From Candidatus Poribacteria bacterium (GTDB taxonomy: Bacteria > Poribacteria > WGA-4E > JAJDTR01), in NCBI GenBank assembly GCA_965222225.1, contig CBDCTK010000002.1:3008001-3072000 (forward strand): a stretch of 64,000 bases of DNA, in the 5' to 3' direction. Made by a program: the position numbers and the translations under genes. Shown one piece after another: positions 40,520-51,534 of the stretch. Positions within the stretch are counted from its first letter, which is position 1. Each line of letters starts with the position of its first letter. The notes beneath the pieces are model-generated. The model searched no databases. It was not told the DNA's origin and worked only from the letters and a program-made list of their open reading frames with translations.

Positions 40520-41230
40520 GTGCAAGTCCCAATCACTAAACACTTACGCCGGTTGAATCAAGACGCATTTCGACACCTTTTGAAACAGACTTTTCTTCAA
40601 CACGGTTTGCCGCTAACTCATAACCAGCAAGACCAATTCATCACCTACTGGCGGGAGTTGCAGCGATGGAATTCGCGGGTGAATCTCACATCCATTCGTG
40701 ATGACCGCGACATTGTCTTGAAGCATTTTCTTGATTCCGTGGGAGTCCTTAAACACTTTCCGATTGAAGCGGGCGATTCTGTGGTTGACATCGGATCCGG
40801 TGCGGGGTTTCCCGGTCTTCCGCTGAAAATCTACGCCCCCGACATCAAGTTGACGCTCGTCGAATCTTCATCAAAGAAGGCTAGTTTCCTCCAGTTCTTG
40901 ATGCCTCAACTGAACGTCACATCGGAGCAGGCAGATGTTAGCATAGTCGCTCAACGCGCCGAAGCGTTTGCAAAGCGGCGCGAAAACCTTGGCGCTTACG
41001 ATTGGGTTTTAACCCGTTATGTCGCATCATTAGCGGATTCTGCCGCGTATTGTTTGCCGTTGTTAAAGCGCAACGGAACGTGGATTGCCTATAAATCGCG
41101 CGAGGTGGAAGCTGAAATCCGCGAAGCCGGTTCTCAGTTTCGAGCCTTTGGGGGTGAGGTGGGGTGTGTTGTGGATAGCCGGATTTCGGAGTTGAATCGC
41201 GCCTATGTCGCAATACAGGGCTGTTCGTAA
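40520..41230 (+). CDS. rsmG: 16S rRNA m7G527 methyltransferase
   Basis: WN..VNLT, KHFLDS, DIGSGAGFPG; follows mnmG. Confidence 0.95.
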   Translation: MQVPITKHLRRLNQDAFRHLLKQTFLQHGLPLTHNQQDQFITYWRELQRWNSRVNLTSIRDDRDIVLKHFLDSVGVLKHFPIEAGDSVVDIGSGAGFPGLPLKIYAPDIKLTLVESSSKKASFLQFLMPQLNVTSEQADVSIVAQRAEAFAKRRENLGAYDWVLTRYVASLADSAAYCLPLLKRNGTWIAYKSREVEAEIREAGSQFRAFGGEVGCVVDSRISELNRAYVAIQGCS

Positions 41231-41532
41231 ATGCCCGAGGATTTGCGCGGGATTTTCTACCGCCTTGGAATCTCTATCGCACTCATTATTCATTCGCTTG
41301 ATCGCTGTCCGAGAGCGGGAGTTAAAGATAGAGCTCTCTGATAGCGAAGGCGATAGCAAATCCTATGTGTTATCCGCTCGCTTGATCGCCGTTGGCGCTT
41401 TCAAAGGCTGGTGCGCAGTGCGCACCCTGCAGAAAACCACAGAATTGTGCAAGAAATAAACTGAGTTTTGAAGAAAAAAAGATCCCTATCGCAGTCATTT
41501 TCCATTCCTTTGATCGGTTTCGGGAGGATAGT

Positions 41533-42225
41533 ATGACACATCGCGTTTTTATCTGTTTCTGTATTCTGAGTTTAGGTATAGTCGGGTGCCTTCCCGGAAC
41601 ATTGGAGAAGACTGTGGAGGTGGAGGTAACGCCAACGGCACCGGCCAAGCCACCCGGAATTGCGGAACTTCATCTGTCGCTGGCGAAAGGGGCTTACCCG
41701 GCGGACGAGCCGATTCCACTTCGGATGACCGTGCGGGCTGGGAAATTTGACCTGCTTATGCCGGCGGTATCCGTCGAAGGGGAGGGTGCGTTCGGAGGGT
41801 TAATCATCACGGATGCGGCGGGAAAAGCAATCACGCCGAAATCGCCGATTTCGGCGAAGGGCCACATAAAAAACCTGTTGCACGATGGAAAGGCGGTAGA
41901 TTGTATTCATGGCGTCGATCTGAAATCCAGAGCGGATACGGTTGCGGCGCTGGAGGATTTGCGGGCGCATTACAACCTTGCCCCGGGGGATTACACGCTC
42001 CAAGTCTTCATGAATTTGCAGGTTTATCGGGAATCTCTGCAAGATCAATCGCCGCAGGTCGTCGAGATGGAGAAGGACATCTTGGCAATCCAGCGGAGTA
42101 GGCATTCTGGTGAAGCTAAGCAGGAAGCGATCAGCCGCTTGCGGGAGGACATCGCCGCCATTCAGCGCGAACAGGAGGAGGTTTATGACAAGATTTATCT
42201 TCCCCTAGACTCTTTGCGCGGCTAG
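41533..42225 (+). CDS. Hypothetical lipoprotein (possibly truncated by premature TAG)
   Basis: GGAGG RBS, lipobox IVGC; in-frame ADLESNVVSLKIG follows the TAG. Confidence 0.75.
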   Translation: MTHRVFICFCILSLGIVGCLPGTLEKTVEVEVTPTAPAKPPGIAELHLSLAKGAYPADEPIPLRMTVRAGKFDLLMPAVSVEGEGAFGGLIITDAAGKAITPKSPISAKGHIKNLLHDGKAVDCIHGVDLKSRADTVAALEDLRAHYNLAPGDYTLQVFMNLQVYRESLQDQSPQVVEMEKDILAIQRSRHSGEAKQEAISRLREDIAAIQREQEEVYDKIYLPLDSLRG

Positions 42226-42493
42226 GCAGATCTCGAATCTAATGTCGTTTCGTTGAAGATTGGGTGATTTGTTGCAGGGGAGTGTTGGGTTTCACTCGGA
42301 TTTCGGAGGCATGAAGCATAACGAGGGCCTCAAATGCAATCCAGATTCTTGGTTTTTTCGTGAGTTTCCGTTCAACCCAACCTACATGCTGTACATAACG
42401 CAGTGGATTTGGCAATCCAAGCCGAGCGCAAAATAGAGAAACCGAGTTTTCAAGAAAAAACTCGGTTTCGAGGCAACCAAGGAGAACTAAGCA

Positions 42494-43924
42494 ATGATAA
42501 TTCATAACGGCGGTCCCAATCTGAGTTTGGGGGAGGTCGTTCTCTTTCCTTTCGATGACTACAGCCTCCCATTTCAGAGGGGGGTTCGATTGCAGTTAAT
42601 TCCGAATAAAGGCGACCAAATCGTCGTGCCGTTTGGGCCTCCCGGCGCACCGGATAGTACAGGCATGAACTACTACGGCGCGGTCTGCAGAGTCGGCGAT
42701 GAACTGTGGATGTGGTATCTGGGGGGCAGCCAGGTGTGTTTTGCAAAGAGCACGGACGGCTACAACTGGAAACGTCCGTGCCTCAGGCTAATTTCTCATA
42801 ATGGCAGCACGCAGAACAATCTGGTGGATTTGGGCGGCGCAGCGTACAAGGTGGTGGCGTGTGTCGTGCTTTATGAACCCGAGGATCCCGATCCTAATCG
42901 CCGATTCAAGATGGTTTACGAGACGCATCGCAGAAACCCGTCACACGGCGGTCGCGCGGAGTTCAACGTTGCCGTTAGCGCGGATGGCATCCGCTGGACG
43001 GAACGCCCGGTCAATCCCCAGTATGTGTCCTGTGAAATGAGTGGTTTCATCAAGTTCAACGGGTGTTATTATGTCTCGGCGCAGAGCGGCGGCGGACATT
43101 TTCCGCGGCCTGAACGAAAGCTGGAAACTTTCGTTTCTTACGATTTCGAGAACTGGGTTGAAGCGGATTGCATGGGATTGCTGCGTGGCAACGTCCCGCC
43201 TCGACCGATGGTTGACGGGTCGCACGCCGGGGAGCAGATTCACCTCGGCGCGGGATTGTGGAACCGGGAGAACGTGATTATCGGCATCTACGGTCAATGG
43301 CACGGGCATCCGACGAACGATAGGAGTTTAATCTCCATGGATCTCGGGCTGGTGGTTAGCAACGACGCGCTGCACTACCGGGAACCGATACCCGATTTTC
43401 GCATCGTTCCGGCGTCGGAAAATAGCGCTGATCGGCTGTTCGGCGCTTTGATGCAGGGACAGGGATTCGAGAACATCAACGGCGAAACGCTGTTCTGGTA
43501 CGCGCCTTGGGGCGGTTGCAACGGCATTCGGGTGGCGAAGTGGGAACAGGATCGGCTGGGTTACTTTGAAGCCTTCTTGGGCATGAAGATGAATTCGCTG
43601 CAGGAATCGCACTTCGTCTCGGCACCGATAGATTTGGAGGGTAAACCGGCGCAGGTGGAGATTAACGTTGATGGTCTATCTGAGTACGCCGAGATTAGCG
43701 TGGAGATTCTGACGGAGCGATTCGAGGCGATTCCGGGATTTGGGCGAGACGACTGCACGGGGCCAAAGGAATCCGGGCTGCGGCAGTTGGTGACATGGGG
43801 GAACCGCGAAAGCCTTGAGAATATTGACGGCAAAGTGCGCGTGCGGGTGAATTTCGGCGGGATTCGTCCCGAGGATGTGAAGATTCACGCGATATATGTG
43901 AGTGAGCAAGGAAACGGACAGTGA
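42494..43924 (+). CDS. Beta-propeller glycoside-hydrolase-like protein
   Basis: STDGYNW, SADGIRW, SYDFENW Asp-box-like motifs, DRLGY, C-terminal sandwich. Confidence 0.7.
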   Translation: MIIHNGGPNLSLGEVVLFPFDDYSLPFQRGVRLQLIPNKGDQIVVPFGPPGAPDSTGMNYYGAVCRVGDELWMWYLGGSQVCFAKSTDGYNWKRPCLRLISHNGSTQNNLVDLGGAAYKVVACVVLYEPEDPDPNRRFKMVYETHRRNPSHGGRAEFNVAVSADGIRWTERPVNPQYVSCEMSGFIKFNGCYYVSAQSGGGHFPRPERKLETFVSYDFENWVEADCMGLLRGNVPPRPMVDGSHAGEQIHLGAGLWNRENVIIGIYGQWHGHPTNDRSLISMDLGLVVSNDALHYREPIPDFRIVPASENSADRLFGALMQGQGFENINGETLFWYAPWGGCNGIRVAKWEQDRLGYFEAFLGMKMNSLQESHFVSAPIDLEGKPAQVEINVDGLSEYAEISVEILTERFEAIPGFGRDDCTGPKESGLRQLVTWGNRESLENIDGKVRVRVNFGGIRPEDVKIHAIYVSEQGNGQ

Positions 43925-43957
43925 GCGCGATAGTAGATTGGAGAAGTTTAACTCAAG

Positions 43958-44776
43958 ATGAGACTTCTAGAATTGAAACCACTCTCTGACATCTACGCAC
44001 AAGAAGAAGATTTCACGGCAGATTTGGCTGAAAATCTCTCTGTTCTTGGACTCGGCGATTTTGAAGACGTGGAGACGGAGGTTTATGTCGGTCCTCGCAA
44101 AGCGGATATTATCGCCACAGGAGAGGATGGCGTACTCGTAGTCGAAAACCAATTCGGTAAGGCAGATTGGGATCACTGGGGCAGACTTGAATGCTACGCT
44201 CGATTGAGCGATGCTACGGTAGCAGCGCTGGTAGCTGAAGACTTCGAGGAACTGATGATTGAAACATGCAGGCTACGAAATCAGGTAGATACCATGACTG
44301 AATGGCACCTATTTCAATTAATAGCTAACACCTGCGATAAACTACATTTCATTCGTTTATACACGTCGCTATCCGCGTCCTCCAACAATTCGCCGCCAAA
44401 TGAATATACCGAATTTTGGGCGCCGATTCGATCAGACAGAAGCACGCCATTTGCCGGCTCCTCTTTGAACCGGACACAACTCACGAAGCGCATTAGGGGA
44501 GTGGAATTAACCTTAACGGTCCTTAGAATGAGGTCCGATATTCGGCTGCGTTTTCGCCGTAACCACCCTAGGGCTCAGGAAGTACGCGAGGAAATCGCGA
44601 ATCTCTTTCCTGATCGTGAACCTGAGGATGAATCTAACGACAATTTCGTCATACTTTATTTTCGCAATGTGGCTGAGGGAATAAGCAATCGGTCCGCCTG
44701 GCCCCAAATACAAGAGACACTAGTCAGCATGGGCACCGAAATCTATAATCTGCTGACTCGTCTTCTGAACGGATAG
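43958..44776 (+). CDS. PD-(D/E)xK nuclease-like protein (NucS-like N-terminus, DUF4268-like C-terminus)
   Basis: E..FT..L..NL, ADI, VENQ...D.DH.G.L..YA; FW motif in the C-half. Confidence 0.65.
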   Translation: MRLLELKPLSDIYAQEEDFTADLAENLSVLGLGDFEDVETEVYVGPRKADIIATGEDGVLVVENQFGKADWDHWGRLECYARLSDATVAALVAEDFEELMIETCRLRNQVDTMTEWHLFQLIANTCDKLHFIRLYTSLSASSNNSPPNEYTEFWAPIRSDRSTPFAGSSLNRTQLTKRIRGVELTLTVLRMRSDIRLRFRRNHPRAQEVREEIANLFPDREPEDESNDNFVILYFRNVAEGISNRSAWPQIQETLVSMGTEIYNLLTRLLNG

Positions 44777-44795
44777 CTCGTGAGCCAATGAATGG

Positions 44796-44970
44796 TAATC
44801 CCAATTCCCTATATTTGCAGTGCATTAATGGCGTCAATCAAGTCTCTCCAAAGCGGGGCAAGATGCCCCGCCTACGGGGTTAGGTGTGAAGGGGAACAGT
44901 TAGTATGGGTCGTGTCAAAATAGTATAATGCAAACTACTACGCGCTCTATTATTCAAACGACATGGTATA
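44796..44970. mobile_element. ~175 bp MITE-like element (copy 2)
   Basis: Aligns with 312-485 including the central REP hairpin; ends TGGTATA. Confidence 0.65.
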
Positions 44971-45023
44971 AACAGCCACGGTAACCGAACGAGATTGTTC
45001 AAACAACCACAGGTGAGGTTGAA

Positions 45024-45998
45024 ATGAGTCTAACGAAAGAGGAAGTCAATCAGTTTGAACAAGAAGGATGGGTTATGAAGCGCAAGGTGTTCTCTCGCGG
45101 GGATATGGAGCCCATCCGGGACGCCCTGACCGAGATTGTGCACCGAGAAGCCTTGGCGTTGAAGGAGAAGGGGATGCTCAATGAGATTTACGAGGATCAA
45201 CCCTTCGAAACCCGCCTAACTCATATTCGGTACGCCAACGCCGATGCCTGTCGAGTCATTTATAAAAGCATCATGGGAAAGGCTGGCGGAGGCTTTAGCG
45301 GCGAGTCGATGTTCCACTTCGTGAGGCACCGCCCGCTGCTTTCCTGTATCGAGAGCCTTCTGGGACCCGACATCATCGGCTCTGCAATCTATCGCGTCCG
45401 TCCAAAGATTCCGGAGTGGGCGCATGGGGAGGTGCCTTGGCATCAGGATTCGGGTTACTTCATGCCGCATTGCGACAAATATCTCATATTGACGTGTTGG
45501 ATTCCTCTGGTGGATGCCCCGCTCGAAAACGGCTGTCTTTTCGTGTTGCCCAGGTCGCATAAGAGAGGGGTCATACGGCATTATACCGGGGGGCACTCGG
45601 GCTATCTTGAGGTGCCGGGAGATTTACTGGGTCAGGTTAAACCGATACCGGTTGAGATGGAGGCGGGGAGCGTGCTTTTCTTGACGAGCGTGACTCCGCA
45701 CGCCTCTTTCGAAAACCACAGCGGAACCGTGCGATGGAGTCTGGATCTCAGGTATCAGAGCATGGAGGCGCCGAACAATGTGGATGAGGAGCCGGAGACT
45801 TATACGCGCGAGCGAGAGCCGGTGACGATGGCTTGCCTTCCGACCGAAGCGGATTTTGTAGTCCGAGACACGAAGAACCCGCACCGCGAGGTGGCTACGC
45901 CGGAGCAGTTTCACCAGATTCGAGAGAAGTACGAAAACGCACATCCCTATTACCCGGGTCGTGGGTGGACGCCGATGTCGGAGCGATCAACCGAGTGA
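45024..45998 (+). CDS. PhyH-family dioxygenase (tandem copy 1)
   Basis: PWHQDSGY, ENGCL.VLP.SH, TPHAS..N....RWS.D.RY. Confidence 0.92.
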   Translation: MSLTKEEVNQFEQEGWVMKRKVFSRGDMEPIRDALTEIVHREALALKEKGMLNEIYEDQPFETRLTHIRYANADACRVIYKSIMGKAGGGFSGESMFHFVRHRPLLSCIESLLGPDIIGSAIYRVRPKIPEWAHGEVPWHQDSGYFMPHCDKYLILTCWIPLVDAPLENGCLFVLPRSHKRGVIRHYTGGHSGYLEVPGDLLGQVKPIPVEMEAGSVLFLTSVTPHASFENHSGTVRWSLDLRYQSMEAPNNVDEEPETYTREREPVTMACLPTEADFVVRDTKNPHREVATPEQFHQIREKYENAHPYYPGRGWTPMSERSTE

Positions 45999-46120
45999 AA
46001 CTCGCTCCTACAGAAATCACACCGCACGGCTATGGGCATAACACCATTACAAATGGTTCGCTCCAGAGCGGGAATGGATAACCGAACGAGATTGTTCAAG
46101 AGACCATTGGTGAGGTTGAA

Positions 46121-47095
46121 ATGAGTCTAACGAAAGAGGAAGTCCATCAGTTTGAACGGGAAGGGTGGGTTATGAAGCGCAAGGTGTTTTCTCGCGGGGA
46201 TATGGAGCCCATCCAGAAAGGACTGACCGAGATTGTGCACCGAGAAGCCTTGGCTTTGAAAGAGCAGGGGATGCTGGATGAGATTTACGAAGATAAACCC
46301 TTCGAAACCCGCCTAGCCTATATTCGCTACGCCAACCCCGAGGCGTGTCGGGTCATTTATCGAAGCATCATGGGAAAGGCTGGCGGCGGCTTCAGCGGAG
46401 AGGGGATGTTCCACTTCGTGAGGCATCGACCGCTGCTTTCCTGTATCGAAAGCCTTCTGGGACCCGATATCATCGGCGCCTCAATCTATCGCGTCCGTCC
46501 AAAGTTGCCGGAGTGGGCGCACGGCGAGGTGCCTTGGCATCAGGATTCGGGTTACTTCATGCCGCATTGCGACAAATTCCTCATATTGACGTGTTGGATC
46601 CCTCTGGTGGATGCCACGCTCGAAAACGGCTGTCTTTTTGTGCTGCCCGGATTGCATACACGGGGAGTGACACGCCATTATACGGGTGGACACTCGGGCT
46701 ATCTCGAGGTGCCGGGAGATTTACTCGGTCAGGTTAAACCGACATCGGTTGAAATGGAGGCGGGGAGCGTGCTTTTCTTGACGAACCTGACTCCGCACGC
46801 CTCCTTCGAGAACCACAGCGGCGTCGTGCGATGGAGTTTGGATCTCAGGTATCAAAGTATGGAGGCGCCGAACAATGTGGATGAGGAGCCGGAGTCGTAT
46901 ACACTCGAGCGAGAGCCGGTGACGATGGCTTGCGCTCCCACCGAAGCGGATTTTGTAGTCCGAGACACGAAGAACCCGCACCGCGAGGTGGCTACGCCGG
47001 AGCAGTTTCACCAGATTCGAGAGAAGTACGAAAATGCGCGTCCCTATCACCCGGGCCGTGGGTGGACGCCAATGTCGGAGCGGTCAAGCGAGTGA
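46121..47095 (+). CDS. PhyH-family dioxygenase (tandem copy 2)
   Basis: Same length and motifs as 45024-45998. Confidence 0.92.
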   Translation: MSLTKEEVHQFEREGWVMKRKVFSRGDMEPIQKGLTEIVHREALALKEQGMLDEIYEDKPFETRLAYIRYANPEACRVIYRSIMGKAGGGFSGEGMFHFVRHRPLLSCIESLLGPDIIGASIYRVRPKLPEWAHGEVPWHQDSGYFMPHCDKFLILTCWIPLVDATLENGCLFVLPGLHTRGVTRHYTGGHSGYLEVPGDLLGQVKPTSVEMEAGSVLFLTNLTPHASFENHSGVVRWSLDLRYQSMEAPNNVDEEPESYTLEREPVTMACAPTEADFVVRDTKNPHREVATPEQFHQIREKYENARPYHPGRGWTPMSERSSE

Positions 47096-47819
47096 ATAGC
47101 GAGCAATCTCGTTCCTAAATAAAGCAGTCAGTTGGGTTTCGCTACGTTCTTGTGCACAAGCGGGACATTGGAAAACAGGATTCTCTTGAAAATTTGATGA
47201 GATTTGGATGACGACGCTCAACCTAACCTACGAGGCCGACCACTTGTGTGGAGCGGAGTAAGAAGCCTTGTCTCCGCGCAAGGTCGGTGGGGCAAAGGGA
47301 CCTCTATCGCACAGGATTTACTATCGCCCTCCTTATCCAGTCGGTTGATCCTACAAGAAATGGTGGGCAGTGCCCACCCTACAAATGTACTAGCCACGGC
47401 CCCTGTCGCGAGTAAAACTCGCCCCTACAGAAGACACGCGGTCTGGATTTGCCAATCCAGACCGATCAGTTAGGGAGATAGCCGAGCAGAGAAGCGCAGA
47501 GCGAATCCCGATGAATCGGGGCTTACAAAGGCTGGTGCGCAGTGCGCACCCTACGGGATTGGGCAAGAAAGAAACGGAGTTTTCAAGAAAACAAGGATCT
47601 CTATCGTATTCGCCATTCGCTCATTTGATCCTATCTGTTCGGTTGATTGTTCAACCGAACCTACGGACTGTCGCGACCGGGAGATCGCTCCTACAATGAC
47701 CCCATCTGCTGATGGACCTCTATCGCACTTGTTATTCACTCGTTTGAAGGGATTTCTATCGGGATTTACTATCGCCTTCGCTATTCGCTCGGTCGATCCC
47801 ACCCTACAAAAAAGCTTGA

Positions 47820-49367
47820 TTACTTGATTTTTAATTCAAGGAGTTTGACCCGCCGGGAGGTATGCACTAAGTTGTACTTCTCCCAATACTTCTCCAAATC
47901 CTTGTCCTTATTGTCCCCAGGATCGTGCCATATCAGGACGTAATCGGCATTTTCCTTATCTTCCTTGGAGGGATGAGATGCCCAGTTCACCGGGAAGTAG
48001 GAGAATCTCGCCTCATAGTTGTCGAGGTAAACAACGTCTTTCGCCGCCAATGCGTAGTAGCAGGGGGAATGGTGAAACGGGTTGACGTATTTCACATCTC
48101 CCAAGGGTTCGGACAAGCCGGAACCATCGCCGAGGACGAAGGTGGAGTGCGGCTTGATGAGTTTGGTCGCCGCTACTTGCTCGGAAATCTCGGGTTGAAG
48201 GACAGCGTACTCGTAGTAGTATCTGCCGATGTGTATCAGGGACAGGATTACCAGAGCCGCGCCGAAAATGTACCGCAACGACTTATGGAAAGCGGCAAAC
48301 CAAGCTGCTAAAAAGAGGAAGACATAGATGTAAATCCTTTCGTTGACCCAACTTCCGCCCGATTGGTTGCTCGGCGACTTGAAAAACATCACGGCGAAGA
48401 TTATGGCTAACAGCAGGAACACGTCTCGCTCCGTGAACCACTGCCGTTTCCAGATTCGATGCACGATTGTCGCAAGCGCCGCAACCATGAGCACTCCCAG
48501 TATGATTCGCGTAACGCCAATATGCCAGTCCGTGTATGAAACAAGGATGAGCATGTTCCAAAAGTAGTTCGTCAACCATTCCATCTCCGGCACCGATTCA
48601 TCGAACGGCTGGCGCGTACGGAGAAAGAAGACCAACCCAAGGATGTACGCCAACAGCATGTAGCCGCCGTATGCCCCCAGCGGTGCGAGTTGTGAGCGAA
48701 TTGCCCGCCATACGGTTGGGGCGGAGAAGCCTCCCTTCTCTAGTCCCCGCAGGTTTTTGATCGCCCCCGAGACGAAGTCGAATAGCGCGATTAACGCCAG
48801 TGCCGCCAAGAGCAGGGCGTAGGAGCCGAAATGGGTCACGTAGGTGAGAACCAACAGGACATTGAGGACGACGATTTGACGAACGTGGATGTCGTGCCTG
48901 TGTTTCCACCAATAGCCCAGTGTGAACAGGGCGAGGGAGACACTTAGCGCGAAGTTGTAAAACCCCATGTGGAGCAGATTGTGGTGGGAAAAAATGAACC
49001 CGACGAGGCTGAATAGCACATGTCGCCGATCTATCGCGCCCAGCAGGTAGCATAGCGACAACGGCAGCAACGCAACGGTCACGGTGAGGAATATCTTCTC
49101 CGCAATCGTCGGGGGCACAATGTACATCAGCGCCGTCATCGAAGCGTGCGATGTCCAGTTCGGGAAGAGCCTGAGGTTTAGCCTGTAAGCCTCGCGTATT
49201 TCATGATTGTCGGTATCATGATAGTCCCTCAATACCTTTGCGTTGTAGACGTGGGCGGGGCCGTCCTGCGTGGGAAAATAGGGGAAGATCCAAATCGGAG
49301 CCACGTGTATCACGAGCAGCGCAATGAATAGGTTTTTCCACGTACAGTACTGAAGCAGTCGGTTCAT
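47820..49367 (-). CDS. Polytopic membrane protein, possibly GT-C-fold glycosyltransferase
   Basis: First-loop PTQDGPAH, MGFYNF, many TM segments, soluble C-terminus. Confidence 0.6.
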   Translation of the reverse strand: MNRLLQYCTWKNLFIALLVIHVAPIWIFPYFPTQDGPAHVYNAKVLRDYHDTDNHEIREAYRLNLRLFPNWTSHASMTALMYIVPPTIAEKIFLTVTVALLPLSLCYLLGAIDRRHVLFSLVGFIFSHHNLLHMGFYNFALSVSLALFTLGYWWKHRHDIHVRQIVVLNVLLVLTYVTHFGSYALLLAALALIALFDFVSGAIKNLRGLEKGGFSAPTVWRAIRSQLAPLGAYGGYMLLAYILGLVFFLRTRQPFDESVPEMEWLTNYFWNMLILVSYTDWHIGVTRIILGVLMVAALATIVHRIWKRQWFTERDVFLLLAIIFAVMFFKSPSNQSGGSWVNERIYIYVFLFLAAWFAAFHKSLRYIFGAALVILSLIHIGRYYYEYAVLQPEISEQVAATKLIKPHSTFVLGDGSGLSEPLGDVKYVNPFHHSPCYYALAAKDVVYLDNYEARFSYFPVNWASHPSKEDKENADYVLIWHDPGDNKDKDLEKYWEKYNLVHTSRRVKLLELKIK

Positions 49368-49610
49368 GGTTTTTTACTTTCAGTGCTCGCACGTCGTGCA
49401 TGTGTCATTAAAGCGGGTAGTCGTGCCGCGCTTTGGAGCCTCATTGAATAACAGTTGGCAAAGTCATTCTCGGGCATTTGCGATGAGCAGGTTTCTATCG
49501 CGGTCACTATCCGTTCCCTTGATCGTTATCCACTCGCTTGATTCTACTGAATCGCGACCGGGAGGTCGCTCCTACCAAGCCCATCATTAAGGGCGCAACT
49601 TAGCCGCGTT

Positions 49611-50435
49611 TTAATGAGCGGTTTTCAGCGCCCCCCAACTCGTTGCGAGTTTTTCATCGGGCTGGACAGCCAAGCCGGACCAGGCTTTGATGTTTTGCAT
49701 TAGTTCATTTTCCGTCAGCGCCTTGTCGTAGACACGAAAAAGGGCGAAAGATCCGTTGAAGTTGCGATTTTTCTCGCCGGGAGAGAAGGAGCCGATTGTG
49801 ATTACCCTCAGCGGAATCTTTTTGTCAAAGTCGACGCCCGGCTGCTTGCTGACCTCTCTACCGTTCTGGTATACCAAAATCTCCTTCTTGTCCTCGCCGG
49901 TAAGCGCTATCCAGTTCCACACGCCCTCCTCAAGTCTGACGTTTGAGGCGATCGACATATCTGCGCCTCCCTGATAAATGCCGATTCCGAGTGTGTCCCC
50001 GTCTTTAAGACCCAACCGAAAACCCTGACGCCCCTCCGGCAACGTGTTGATGCCAGCGAGTTGATGCTCTTCACGGAACAGGTCGCCGTTGCGCCGCACG
50101 AGGAACTCAATCGTCCAGTCTTCAAGCCCGAGTGGAGAAGCGAAGGCTTTGGTTCCGTACATTTCGGCGCTTTTCCGGGCGGTGTAATACTTCGTCTTGC
50201 GCTCGTTAATGCCGATATCCGGGATTTTGATGGGTCCCTCTTCGAGTGCGGGCTGGAGTGCCATAGGCGGTATCGCGCCGCCATCTCCGGCGAGGTTTGT
50301 CCAGGCGTCGGGGTGTGTGGGGTTGTCGCGGGCGTCGAGGTAGAGCACGGCGCCGGGGACGATATCGGCGAGCACCGCAGTGCATAGCGTTGCCAAGAAG
50401 AACGCTGCGCCGAGGATTGACATCACTGTTCTCAT
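49611..50435 (-). CDS. Secreted LamG-like jellyroll protein with AV.P..KLAT.WG.LK tail
   Basis: Signal peptide from ATG 50435; LYLDA, WTIEF, YQNG, FNGSFA.FRVYDKALT. Confidence 0.82.
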   Translation of the reverse strand: MRTVMSILGAAFFLATLCTAVLADIVPGAVLYLDARDNPTHPDAWTNLAGDGGAIPPMALQPALEEGPIKIPDIGINERKTKYYTARKSAEMYGTKAFASPLGLEDWTIEFLVRRNGDLFREEHQLAGINTLPEGRQGFRLGLKDGDTLGIGIYQGGADMSIASNVRLEEGVWNWIALTGEDKKEILVYQNGREVSKQPGVDFDKKIPLRVITIGSFSPGEKNRNFNGSFALFRVYDKALTENELMQNIKAWSGLAVQPDEKLATSWGALKTAH

Positions 50436-50549
50436 TTTGTTTCCCTCCGTGATTTCTTTTGTGCGTTCAGGTGTCGGGGACGTGAATATCAACAAGGAAG
50501 CGTCAGCAACGGTGCGTTTGATTTAGCGATGCTGTTCTCAAGCCGGGCT

Positions 50550-50592
50550 ATTGTACTACTTTTCACCGTTCTTGTCTATCGGTTTCGGTTGG
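50550..50592 (-). promoter_or_regulatory. sigma-70-type promoter cassette (copy 1)
   Basis: Minus strand TAGACA-17 bp-TACAAT; near-identical to 57814-57856. Confidence 0.65.
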
Positions 50593-51534
50593 GGCGGGGG
50601 TAGGATGGAAAGGAGTGAACAGTGATCTGTGGTCAGTGAGGAAAGGTCGCAAATTGTCTGAATGAGATTTCTATAGGACTCACTGCGGAATCTACTATCG
50701 CCCTCACTATTCGTTCAGCTGATCCCTTCCGGGGCATCTGGAGGCTGGTGCGCAGTGCGCACCCTACAAGATGACAATTCAGAATTGTACGTTTGTACAA
50801 AGTCGAGCTAAGTGTTTGCCTCGTCTCTGTCAGCTATCTGAATCTTAATTCGTTGGGGTTTGGGCTCCTCGGGATTTTCAATAAGTAACTGTATTCCATT
50901 TTTTTCATTTGAACTTAAGAGCTGTTCAAAGTTCATTATGCGAATGCCTAAATCTCTTAATTGACTACGAGTCTTGAGAATATCTCCATCCTCTGTCACA
51001 AATATATCTCTGCCTGCCAAGTAATGAGCGTGGATGTGGTCGAAATCTAGATATTGTGGCAGATTCTTCCCGGTCTTTTTAAAACTGTCAATAATGGACT
51101 CAGCCACGATAAGAAACTCGGCACTCCCCGGTTTGTCAAACTCTGGATTAAGGAGGAATCGATTGCTTTTGCTGTCGAAGCAATTTCGCATAATCGAAGG
51201 GATCTTTCTTATAAAGCTATCTGTGAGAAACCGCTCATCTGATGGGTTGAGTGACAAATCATCTCGAATTCGTTGCGTAACTGCTAAATCCACGGGGCAT
51301 TCTCCCGAAGTTTCCAGGGGTCTAATATTTTTCCACGCTTCATATTGATAACCTCATTGGTATCTAATGTTATTGATGGCAGATGATAAATGCAATCTAC
51401 TTTCACTACATCTGCCTCCGCATGATACATCAACACATTTAGTGTACTGGAAGTGGGGAAGACTAGTGTTAAACGAACCTCGGGCAAATCAGGTTGTGCC
51501 AGTTGAGCAGATTGTTCGCCTATAGTTCGTATAT

